DNA of 57,791 bases from a virus (lineage: Duplodnaviria > Caudoviricetes). Below the pieces are notes generated by a model. It did no database searches and was not told the origin of the DNA. It was given only the letters and a program-made list of their open reading frames with translations. Position numbers and translations under genes: made by a program. The DNA lies in the IMG/VR virus record IMGVR_UViG_3300012676_000003, positions 1-57,791 of that record, one strand, 5' to 3'. Positions 36,899 to 45,310 of the stretch are shown piece by piece (the first letter of the stretch is position 1; each line of letters opens with the position of its first letter).

Positions 36899-37210
36899 AT
36901 GCTTAGGCTCAAACGCTATGACGTGGCGGTCCTGGGCGGGTTCACGTATCGCCAAGCAGAGACAGGGTTTGTTTTCAATGGCAATTCGACGTGGAAAGCG
37001 CAGATTCGCCAGATTCGGGCACATCGCGTCGGGAACAACTTGCCGCGCCAAACCTTGGAAGAGATTGCCGATGACCTTGAAGCGTATACGTGTGCGAGAT
37101 TACCGGCTATGTGCAGTTCACGCGACAAGGCTTTGACAGTCAATGGTACGCAACGCCTATCGCAACAGCGCGTCGGTGGATGTTCAGCGTGTGGTGGAAG
37201 AAAGAGATGA
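36899..37210 (+). CDS. Cys-containing hypothetical protein
   Basis: ATG 36899; ends GGCSACGGRKR. Confidence 0.7.
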   Translation: MLRLKRYDVAVLGGFTYRQAETGFVFNGNSTWKAQIRQIRAHRVGNNLPRQTLEEIADDLEAYTCARLPAMCSSRDKALTVNGTQRLSQQRVGGCSACGGRKR

Positions 37211-37581
37211 TTCGAACTCTCCAGCGTGCCGATCAGTTCAATCGCATCCGCCGTGCGTGGCTAGGCGAAGGTGGTGATCCAGTGTCACCCGATCTTGCTA
37301 ATCAACGCGCCAATATCTGCTTGCAATGCCCTAAGAATTACAAAGGCTCATGGCTATGGAATCAAGCTACGGAATGGACTATCGCCGCATGGTCCCGACT
37401 GCGCGACGTTATGAAGCTACACGTCCAAGGCGAGGAAGGGCTAGGCGTATGCGAAGTCTGCGGCTGCAAAACCAAGCTCAAGATTCACGTACCATACCGT
37501 CACATTTACCGCCAAACCACACCTGAAATGATGGAGAAATATCCATCCCACTGCTGGATACAGAAAGAAAAACCACAATGA
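37207..37581 (+). CDS. Cys-rich hypothetical protein
   Basis: R..IC..CP; C..CGC..K.K; HCW. Confidence 0.75.
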   Translation: MIRTLQRADQFNRIRRAWLGEGGDPVSPDLANQRANICLQCPKNYKGSWLWNQATEWTIAAWSRLRDVMKLHVQGEEGLGVCEVCGCKTKLKIHVPYRHIYRQTTPEMMEKYPSHCWIQKEKPQ

Positions 37582-37805
37582 AACGTCGCGGCTTTTTAGC
37601 AAGTATCGGAATGGCTCTTGCTTTCCCTAAAAGCATCACGCTTCCATCCGATATTCCACAGCCAACATTGGACGGACCCTTCATTCCACTTGGATGGGAT
37701 ATTTCCACAGAGTCAATGAATGACATTCTGTACGTTATCTACAAAGACAAGACCTACTATCCAGACAGTGATGGAACGATTCACATACCTGAATTAACCA
37801 CATAA
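37578..37805 (+). CDS. Small protein with twin-arginine-like N-terminus
   Basis: MKRRGFLAS. Confidence 0.65.
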   Translation: MKRRGFLASIGMALAFPKSITLPSDIPQPTLDGPFIPLGWDISTESMNDILYVIYKDKTYYPDSDGTIHIPELTT

Positions 37806-37811
37806 ACCACA

Positions 37812-38045
37812 ATGATCACTGACACAAACGAGTTAAAAGAAGGCTACCGATTCAAACTGCAATGTGAGCTGATTCGAAGAATTGGGTACGGGGAGGCAAT
37901 TCACGGCAGACCAAACCGATCCAGATCGGGTAATCTCTGGTGGGCTAATCCTATTGGATCACCCGAGATTAAAATTTGCGTCTGCACTGATTCGATAGAC
38001 ACGGACCCAGTAATCACCAGTAATGACATAAACCACAATGAATAG
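37812..38045 (+). CDS. Hypothetical protein
   Basis: AAACCACA-ATG start context. Confidence 0.6.
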   Translation: MITDTNELKEGYRFKLQCELIRRIGYGEAIHGRPNRSRSGNLWWANPIGSPEIKICVCTDSIDTDPVITSNDINHNE

Positions 38046-38862
38046 ACTCCTACTAACCATACCGTATTGCACCAAAGACAGCACCTTGGCCCTTCATCTA
38101 CTCAGGTGGATGCAAGAGCTTCAACCGACTGGCTACAAGCCGCACTCCGTTCTCATCGCTGCTGATGCTGAAGTGCCCAAAGCCACGCGCCAAGAGATTT
38201 TTGCTCTAGCCAAGCCCATGTTCTCCCATGCGATGGCTGTTGGCGTTCCCGTGCCACCAGATCAACAGGGCTGGATACCGGGGAGCAACTACATGTTTCT
38301 CAAAGTGAGCGAGACCATTCAGCAAAACACCAAGCTACCGTGGCTATGGTGCGAGCCTGATTGCGTGCCGATTCGAGCTGGCTGGCTGGATGCGCTGGCT
38401 TCAGCCTATGACGATTGTCCCACGCGATTCCTAGGCGCTCATGTGCTCCAAAGTAATCAACCCGGGATGCCCCCCATACACCTGTCCGGGTGCGCCATCT
38501 ACGACGCGCAAGCGCACGAAGGCATGAAAGCGTTCTGCCAAGGCAACGGCGCTTTCGACATTGCTTCGGCTAACTTTACCGTGCCGCGCTCCATCAACTC
38601 GACACTCTTCCAATACTTCTGGGGTAAGCCTGATCTCGCACCCACATTCAAGGAAATAAAATCTGATGGCGACCCAGAGAACACCATTCCCATGGGCTAC
38701 CTGACTTCGAAAGCTGTCTTGTGGCACCGAAACAAGGATGGAACTCTGATTGATTGTTTACGCAAAAGAATGTCAGCGAAGGTAGCGCCACAAAAGCCTA
38801 TCACGCTCGCCCCCAAGAAGCAGTCTGCTCCCGCACAGCAACTAGCTTCTGTGCCTGCATAA
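38038..38862 (+). CDS. Putative GT-A-fold glycosyltransferase-like protein
   Basis: N-terminal LLLTIPY strand; WLWCEPDCVP (ExD); WLD.L; C-terminal H. Confidence 0.5.
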   Translation: MNRLLLTIPYCTKDSTLALHLLRWMQELQPTGYKPHSVLIAADAEVPKATRQEIFALAKPMFSHAMAVGVPVPPDQQGWIPGSNYMFLKVSETIQQNTKLPWLWCEPDCVPIRAGWLDALASAYDDCPTRFLGAHVLQSNQPGMPPIHLSGCAIYDAQAHEGMKAFCQGNGAFDIASANFTVPRSINSTLFQYFWGKPDLAPTFKEIKSDGDPENTIPMGYLTSKAVLWHRNKDGTLIDCLRKRMSAKVAPQKPITLAPKKQSAPAQQLASVPA

Positions 38863-38865
38863 TCC

Positions 38866-41136
38866 ATGAATTTTCAAAGTCCTGAGAAAATAGCGTCTGT
38901 CATCGAAAACCTTAAAACGGCGGATTTGCCACGGTCGCCCAACCGTGCGCTCATCAACAACCTGTTCAACGGTGCGCCACCCTACACAAAGAGCGAAGTT
39001 CAACAGAACAATATCCAATGGAATGTGAATTGGGGTGAAGGCTCAGACCTTTTGCTCCAAGGGCGTGAGCAGTTAGAGAATGCCCATCTGAGCACAGATT
39101 TCGCGTTCACCGTAAACCTGCCTGATGCACCGCCATCCAAGAAAACTCAGTACGGCCAGACCATTACCTCCAAGATTAACCGGCTCTTGAAGAAAAGCCT
39201 GCCGCATCTCCATACACAGCGTGAGAAGTGGGGTAGCGTCATTCTGCACGGGGTAGGTTCTCAGATGTGGGAAGATGACGAGAAATGGAAACCGTATTTT
39301 GTCGCGATTGACGATCTCCTAATCCCAACAGATACCACGCTGCCTTACGATACCCTGAACCATTTCTGCGCTAATCGGCGTATGACAGCAGGTCAGCTAT
39401 TCCGAAAGACATTCGGGTTGCCTGAAGATAAGCGTGATCCGGGTTGGAATATCCCTGCCGTTAAGAAGGTGTTCGAACAATACAAAGACATCAACCAGAA
39501 CCCGTCTACATGGAATTGGGCAGAGCACGCGGAGAAAGCGGCTGAGATTTGGAAACAGAACGTCATCTACTTCGATTCCGATGCCGTGCCGGTCATTTGG
39601 CTGTGCGACTTCTATTATCAATCGGATGAAGATGAGCAAGGGCGCTGGTATCGCAAGATTCTGCTGGACCAGGATACCACTACGCCGCGCTCCGATGCAT
39701 CTGAGCCTGTCCAGTGTATCTACGACTCGAAGAAGCCCTACGCCGAAACCCTTGGGCAAATATTGCACACGCAGTTCATTGACGGCAATAACGTGCCCCC
39801 GTTCATGTATCATTCCGTGCGCGGTCTCGGGATGCGGCTCTTTGATTCCGTGCAGGCGTTGAACCGTCTGCGCAATCAGGCCATGCAAAAGACGATGGAA
39901 GATTTGATGATACTCTTCCGCGCTCAAGATCCGGTTGATCGCGCTCGACTGGACCAGATTTATCTTGGGATCAACTACGGTATCATCCCTGAAGGTCTTT
40001 CGTTCGTGACGAAAGATCAGCGTTACTCAATTGATTACAACCTGCTTCAGCTTCAGCTTTCGACACTCAAACAGCTTATCGGGGAAGGCTCGCAGCAATA
40101 CACGCAGGACATTGATACCGGGACAAACAAGGAACGCACGGCTTTTGAAGTATCCACGCTCCTGCAACAGACTACGCGATTGACCGGCTCAATGCTGAAC
40201 CTGTCTTACCTGCAAGAGACGTTCGCTTACGAAGAGATTTGCCGTCGCCTTACCAAGAAACCTACACAGGATTTCGATGCCAAACGATTCCAGAACGAAC
40301 TCAAAGAAGCTGGCATACCAGAGAAGTGGATCAACTCGTCACGCTGGGATATTCAGCCCGTTCGCGTGCTCGGGAATGGCAATAGCCAACTGGAGCAGGC
40401 TCAGGCGCAGGCACTCATGAGCATTCGTCCTATGCTGAACCCCGAAGCGCAACAAGTGGTTCTTCACGATTATGTCTTTTCCTTCACGCATGACCCGAAG
40501 CGGGCCAACCAATTGGCACCGCTCGATGCTACGCCTCCAATCACCGACACGATGCATGACACGGAAATCGTGTTTGGCGCTCTCATGTCGGGTTCGATGG
40601 TGACACCTAAGCCGGGATTAATCGCCGCAGAAGTCGTAACAACCATGCTTCGATTGATGGATCAAACTGTGCAACAGATTATGACACTGATGGGTGGGGT
40701 TGGAACCCCGGAGAAAGTCATGGGTCTACAAAGTTGCGTCGATTACACGTCCGCGTTCATTCAGCAGCTCGCTCAGGATGAAGAAAATGCGGAGATGGTG
40801 AAGCAAATGAACGATGCGCTAGGGCGAATCACCAACGAGATCAAGGCCATGGGTCAACGGTTGCAGGAGATGGCGCAGAAACGGCAGCAGCAGAACGGTA
40901 TGGACCCAGCCGTAATGCAGAAGATGCAGGCTGACATGGTTCTTAATCAGCAAAAGCTTACTCAGAACCAGCAGAAGTTTGAGCAGAAGATGACTCAGAC
41001 CCAACAGAAGTTTATGGCGGATCAACAGCGTAAGAATGTGCAGACACTAACTGACGTAAGGAACAAGACGATGCAATCTGCGGCTACGGCAGCAGAATCC
41101 AGTATGGAATCGGAAGAACCAACTGAAAAGACCTAG
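38866..41136 (+). CDS. Probable portal protein (podovirus type, long Gln-rich barrel)
   Basis: 756 aa, RTAFEV motif, C-terminal Q-rich coiled coil, same operon as terL. Confidence 0.75.
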   Translation: MNFQSPEKIASVIENLKTADLPRSPNRALINNLFNGAPPYTKSEVQQNNIQWNVNWGEGSDLLLQGREQLENAHLSTDFAFTVNLPDAPPSKKTQYGQTITSKINRLLKKSLPHLHTQREKWGSVILHGVGSQMWEDDEKWKPYFVAIDDLLIPTDTTLPYDTLNHFCANRRMTAGQLFRKTFGLPEDKRDPGWNIPAVKKVFEQYKDINQNPSTWNWAEHAEKAAEIWKQNVIYFDSDAVPVIWLCDFYYQSDEDEQGRWYRKILLDQDTTTPRSDASEPVQCIYDSKKPYAETLGQILHTQFIDGNNVPPFMYHSVRGLGMRLFDSVQALNRLRNQAMQKTMEDLMILFRAQDPVDRARLDQIYLGINYGIIPEGLSFVTKDQRYSIDYNLLQLQLSTLKQLIGEGSQQYTQDIDTGTNKERTAFEVSTLLQQTTRLTGSMLNLSYLQETFAYEEICRRLTKKPTQDFDAKRFQNELKEAGIPEKWINSSRWDIQPVRVLGNGNSQLEQAQAQALMSIRPMLNPEAQQVVLHDYVFSFTHDPKRANQLAPLDATPPITDTMHDTEIVFGALMSGSMVTPKPGLIAAEVVTTMLRLMDQTVQQIMTLMGGVGTPEKVMGLQSCVDYTSAFIQQLAQDEENAEMVKQMNDALGRITNEIKAMGQRLQEMAQKRQQQNGMDPAVMQKMQADMVLNQQKLTQNQQKFEQKMTQTQQKFMADQQRKNVQTLTDVRNKTMQSAATAAESSMESEEPTEKT

Positions 41137-41390
41137 GAAGTAACTGCATCGACTTGATCATAGATTTCTTTCCAAATCAATACCGCGAATGGACCAAACC
41201 AGATGGAAATACTTCTATGATGCAAGCCCAATACCGCGGCATTGTTAAATGCCACACCAAAAACAAGTCTCCATGATATACTGCCATTGATATGCCATGT
41301 CCCAACGTTACAGGAGCATGCATTGTATTTCATATATTCCTTTAGCTGCGCTGGTGTAAGGGTGAACGAACACATTGCGGGGCGTTTCAT
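41133..41390 (-). CDS. Hypothetical protein
   Basis: Coupled ORF. Confidence 0.5.
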   Translation of the reverse strand: MKRPAMCSFTLTPAQLKEYMKYNACSCNVGTWHINGSISWRLVFGVAFNNAAVLGLHHRSISIWFGPFAVLIWKEIYDQVDAVTS

Positions 41391-41632
41391 CTTTGTGCTG
41401 GCGCGGCATTCTTCTTTCCCCTGTTGGCGATAATCTCATCCAATTTCGATTGATATTCTTCTGGGGTAAGTGCCGGATGCTTCGTGAACTTGTCTATGAG
41501 ATGCGGAGGAGTTGGCATACTCAAGCCATCAAAGAGATTACGGACCATGCAGATGTTGCAACAGGGTGACTCTGGAATGGTAACTAAGGGAGTGAACATG
41601 CCACCGCAACGCTTGCATTTACGAGGATTCAC
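41387..41632 (-). CDS. Zinc-finger hypothetical protein
   Basis: CKRC..CNIC; GTG start inferred. Confidence 0.6.
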   Translation of the reverse strand: MNPRKCKRCGGMFTPLVTIPESPCCNICMVRNLFDGLSMPTPPHLIDKFTKHPALTPEEYQSKLDEIIANRGKKNAAPAQR

Positions 41633-41861
41633 AAGGGCCTTCCTTTTCCTGCTCAATAGGCGTGCCACAGAAGGGACAATAGGACGCGAGCATGGCGGGA
41701 CATCTCCGCTTCTTTCCTTTCGGCGCTTTGTCGGAATCAACCCATTCAGTCGCAATCGTTATGATTGGATCTAGACGTGGAAAAGTGAAAGCGTACCCGC
41801 ACAGTCTAAAGTTTTTCTCCCGAAGCTTGGCGTTTATTTTGGTGATGCAATCGCAGTTCAC
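41619..41861 (-). CDS. Small Cys protein
   Basis: MNCDC..YCPFCG. Confidence 0.75.
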   Translation of the reverse strand: MNCDCITKINAKLREKNFRLCGYAFTFPRLDPIITIATEWVDSDKAPKGKKRRCPAMLASYCPFCGTPIEQEKEGPCESS

Positions 41862-41877
41862 GGATTCACCTCCATGT

Positions 41878-42192
41878 TCAATTCCCGTTATTCGGAAGTT
41901 CGTACGGATTCCAGCTTGAACCAGCGTCGATACGTTGCTTAATCTTGGTAACGGTGCTGGCTAGAGCGACCTGTTTAGGCTTCGGGAACGCTTCAAACTC
42001 TTCCTTGGTTAACGGGTGCAGGTCCACATCGCCTAGAACTGACACGTTGGCGCAGTTTGCACAGACCCAAATCTGACCCTTTTGAAGGTCGTTGCTCCCC
42101 ACGATCCCGAACCGCTTTTCAAAGTCGAATTTACAATGCGGGCAGGCAAACCCTTTTGGGTTCTTTCGAATCTGTTCTTTGATCTCGTTCAT
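41878..42192 (-). CDS. Zinc-ribbon hypothetical protein
   Basis: CPHC..CANC. Confidence 0.7.
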   Translation of the reverse strand: MNEIKEQIRKNPKGFACPHCKFDFEKRFGIVGSNDLQKGQIWVCANCANVSVLGDVDLHPLTKEEFEAFPKPKQVALASTVTKIKQRIDAGSSWNPYELPNNGN

Positions 42193-42730
42193 AGTACTTT
42201 CGGTTTCCGTCAATAAACCCAGTTGGGCCTTTCACGCGCAAGCTTAGTCCAGCCAACTTAAAGAGATTGTTGACGTAAAGATTGTGCCCCAACATCTCGT
42301 ATGTAACTGGAATCACTGGCAACGCAATCCGCTCAAGGGCCAATTGGACGCTTTCCAATGCGGCATCCATGGTGCGCTCATGCTTGGAATCAACCATGCT
42401 CTTGCACGTAGCAAACACGTCGCGCTGCATCCAGAACACGCATTTAGTTTCAACGCCAAGATCCATAAAACCCAATTGCTCTGGTTCAATATTGGGGTAA
42501 CCGCTTCCGTGCGGTATGGACCTTCTTAGCACGGCGTATCCACCCCCATCCAGCAACTCAAATGCCTCATTGAATGAACACCTCGGAATATATCCAGACC
42601 AATAATTAGACATAGCATCAAGTCGCTGTTCGTGTCCGTCATCCCCAACTGCACCGCACCGAATCAGCAGGCCAGTAAAGAAGCGCGTGCCGCTGCTTCG
42701 AGGACCAAACACGAGAATGAGTTGTTTCAT
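42131..42730 (-). CDS. Sulfotransferase-like protein
   Basis: LILVFGPRSSGT (5'-PSB loop), RD.......S (3'-PB), VTYE. Confidence 0.7.
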   Translation of the reverse strand: MKQLILVFGPRSSGTRFFTGLLIRCGAVGDDGHEQRLDAMSNYWSGYIPRCSFNEAFELLDGGGYAVLRRSIPHGSGYPNIEPEQLGFMDLGVETKCVFWMQRDVFATCKSMVDSKHERTMDAALESVQLALERIALPVIPVTYEMLGHNLYVNNLFKLAGLSLRVKGPTGFIDGNRKYYERDQRTDSKEPKRVCLPAL

Positions 42731-43275
42731 ACCAATGGCTTCCTGAACACTCCTAAAATGGTATAGTCGCCTTCGAAGCAATTTGTAAGCCTGTCCTCAA
42801 TAATTTCCATCTGAGATAAGGCTGCGTACCGCGACATTAACCCTGGCTCGCCTTCCCTTCGATGAGCACAATTCGGTGGCTGGCCTTTGTCTAGGGCGGC
42901 TTTCCAAAGGTCTTTGTCAGGGATGAGGATTACCAAATGGCCACCCGGCTTAATTACGCGACTCCATTCCATGAATAACGCAGGCCATTCTTCTTCTGGA
43001 AAATCTTCCAGTAGATGGCTGGAAACAACCACATCCAGAGATTCCGTGTCGATGGGAAGTTTGCGTGCTGTGCCACGAAGCTGTATCGGACCTCGCGGTG
43101 GATTGTTAGAGTTATAATACGCGAATTCATCGGGCGGAAGATCCAGCGACCAGAGCCACGGAAACGCTGGTTCACCTTGCGATCCAAGGTCTATTCCAAT
43201 GCCTTGACAGTACTGTCGGAACAAGTGTCGGCACTTGCTTGATTCAGTGGTGTATTGAGTGTAGTCGAGTTGCAT
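42727..43275 (-). CDS. Class I SAM methyltransferase
   Basis: GIDLGS; VVSSHLLED; EWSRVIKPGG. Confidence 0.85.
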   Translation of the reverse strand: MQLDYTQYTTESSKCRHLFRQYCQGIGIDLGSQGEPAFPWLWSLDLPPDEFAYYNSNNPPRGPIQLRGTARKLPIDTESLDVVVSSHLLEDFPEEEWPALFMEWSRVIKPGGHLVILIPDKDLWKAALDKGQPPNCAHRREGEPGLMSRYAALSQMEIIEDRLTNCFEGDYTILGVFRKPLV

Positions 43276-44039
43276 AGTGGTTCGTAGCCTCTGTCTCTAA
43301 GCCATTGATGGATCACCTTCGGATGTTCTCCGTCATACGGCTCCAAATACTTTATCCAATCAACACCCTTTATTTCTTCCATCCATTTATCCCTGGATTC
43401 AGCGTCCTTGAGCCGAGGATCGTAGTAATCGAAGAAGTAGGTTTGTAACAGTTGCTCTTTCTTGAAGAACTTGTCGCGCTTTCGTAGGAACCCGTAGTGA
43501 AATATTTGGATGTGCGTGTCAATTTTGAGGCTGACTGCCTCATTTCCGTTTTCGTGACAACCATCGCTCGGTAGCCACATATCGGCAGGTGCAAGACGTA
43601 TCACCTGCTTACCAAGACAGTGCCCTTCTGGGATAAGATGTCGATGATCCTTCCAGAAATTCCAACGGGTGCAATTCGCCGTGCGTCTCTCCCAACGGTT
43701 AATGAACATGCGAATTTCATCGTACGATTTCTCGCTTAAAATCTCATCGGCATCCAACTGGAAGTGCCATTGGGTGGTCAGGTGTTCGCGTGCGTAGTTC
43801 AGCCAATTAACCCAAAAATCAATGTCGCCCTTTGGATCGGGCCACGGATAAACACAGAGTTTTAATTTCGGTTCTCGCTTAACCCAGTCGCGGATCTGCT
43901 CCTGAGTGCCGTCCGTGGACTCTCCGTCGCAGACAACAACTTCGTCACACACTGGCAATAAGCTTTCGATGGCCTCTCGCCAGCAAAAATCAAGCTCGTT
44001 GCCGTTGCGAATACAGACTACTCCTCCGAGGGTGCTCAT
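43191..44039 (-). CDS. GT2-family glycosyltransferase
   Basis: DEVVVCDGESTDGT; LDADE; IFHYG. Confidence 0.88.
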   Translation of the reverse strand: MSTLGGVVCIRNGNELDFCWREAIESLLPVCDEVVVCDGESTDGTQEQIRDWVKREPKLKLCVYPWPDPKGDIDFWVNWLNYAREHLTTQWHFQLDADEILSEKSYDEIRMFINRWERRTANCTRWNFWKDHRHLIPEGHCLGKQVIRLAPADMWLPSDGCHENGNEAVSLKIDTHIQIFHYGFLRKRDKFFKKEQLLQTYFFDYYDPRLKDAESRDKWMEEIKGVDWIKYLEPYDGEHPKVIHQWLRDRGYEPLCNSTTLNTPLNQASADTCSDSTVKALE

Positions 44040-45289
44040 GGAACAATTTCAACCTCTGGTATCGGAATGATGAAGCGTCCGCCCTTGTTCGTGTAGGATT
44101 TGCACTTCTCCAAGATTTCTTTGCGATAATTCCAAGCTGTCATAACGGCGAAATCTGGTAGTTCCCGCAACAGCGCACCGTCATCCACAACCGGAATGTC
44201 CGTGCCTGGGACGAACTTGTACCACTTCAATTTTGTGGTATCGGCCACAAACGCTATGTCCTTGCGGGTAAACCCGCACGCATTCATCAGCACCGTGCAT
44301 TTGGCTGAAGCTCCGTACGCGCACCCTACCTTTTCATTGGCCTTGGCTCTGGCGATGGTGATCTTCAGTTCGCAAATCAGCTTTGTGACACGCTCACGGA
44401 AATGCTGCCAATCGCCCTCCGTGATGTTCTCGTTGGCAACTCGATCCAATGTCTTTTCGTTTATCGGTACACCAGAATCCTTGCGCCGGATGATCAACCC
44501 CATGGCCCCTCCGTGAATGTCGAAGTCCATGATCTCGTGAAGCGCAAATTGTGTTCTAGCCAGCAATGCAGCCATGGCCTTTAGCGACAAATATGATGTG
44601 TGCTCAAAGTAGATGGTGTCAAATTGCGTCTTTTCGAGGAGGTCACCGAGGTACGGAACTTCAATGAATATGACGCTCTCTTTGTGCGTGACCGTCTCCA
44701 AGGATTTCATGAACCCTAACCAGTCGTTTACGTGACAGAATACGTGACGCGCAATCACCACGTCCGCCAGTCCATCCAAGTGGAATTTAGCCAAGTCTGC
44801 GCTCCCGTCGCAGAACACATCGCAGATAGATACGACTGTATCGGGATGAAGGTTCTCGGCAGGGTCGATGCCGCATACCTTATGCCCATGGACCGCAATC
44901 ATGTTCAGGTATGCGCCATCGTTAGAGCCGATTTCCAACACATTCCGCATATTGTTTGGGGCGCGTTGCTTTAGTTCTCCGTAAAGCCGCTCCAAATGCA
45001 GGTGCATCATGTCGCTCGGAGATGTGACGTACTTGTAATTCGAATAGAGAATGTCAGGTCGAACCGTGACGGAGAGCTGGGCAAGGCTGCATTTCGGACA
45101 GAACAAAACTTCCAAAGGTGCGTACCCGTTATGCTCATCGGTCTCGTTACAAAAATCGTTGGATAACGGTTGTATGCCAAGATTGAAAACAGGGATCAGC
45201 TTTTCGGCGCTGCTGCCTTTTTTGAAGCCACCAAAATTATTCAGGGCACCGTAATTACAGGCGCGGCAGGCGGTTCGTTTCCAATACAT
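44036..45289 (-). CDS. NDP-sugar C-methyltransferase-like protein
   Basis: CRAC..CPKC.LAQL; LEIGSNDG; HVF.H; FDTIY.EH; YGASAK; AWNY..EI; GGRFIIPIP. Confidence 0.9.
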   Translation of the reverse strand: MYWKRTACRACNYGALNNFGGFKKGSSAEKLIPVFNLGIQPLSNDFCNETDEHNGYAPLEVLFCPKCSLAQLSVTVRPDILYSNYKYVTSPSDMMHLHLERLYGELKQRAPNNMRNVLEIGSNDGAYLNMIAVHGHKVCGIDPAENLHPDTVVSICDVFCDGSADLAKFHLDGLADVVIARHVFCHVNDWLGFMKSLETVTHKESVIFIEVPYLGDLLEKTQFDTIYFEHTSYLSLKAMAALLARTQFALHEIMDFDIHGGAMGLIIRRKDSGVPINEKTLDRVANENITEGDWQHFRERVTKLICELKITIARAKANEKVGCAYGASAKCTVLMNACGFTRKDIAFVADTTKLKWYKFVPGTDIPVVDDGALLRELPDFAVMTAWNYRKEILEKCKSYTNKGGRFIIPIPEVEIVP

Positions 45290-45310
45290 GGGTTCCTTTG
45301 ATGAATAAGG

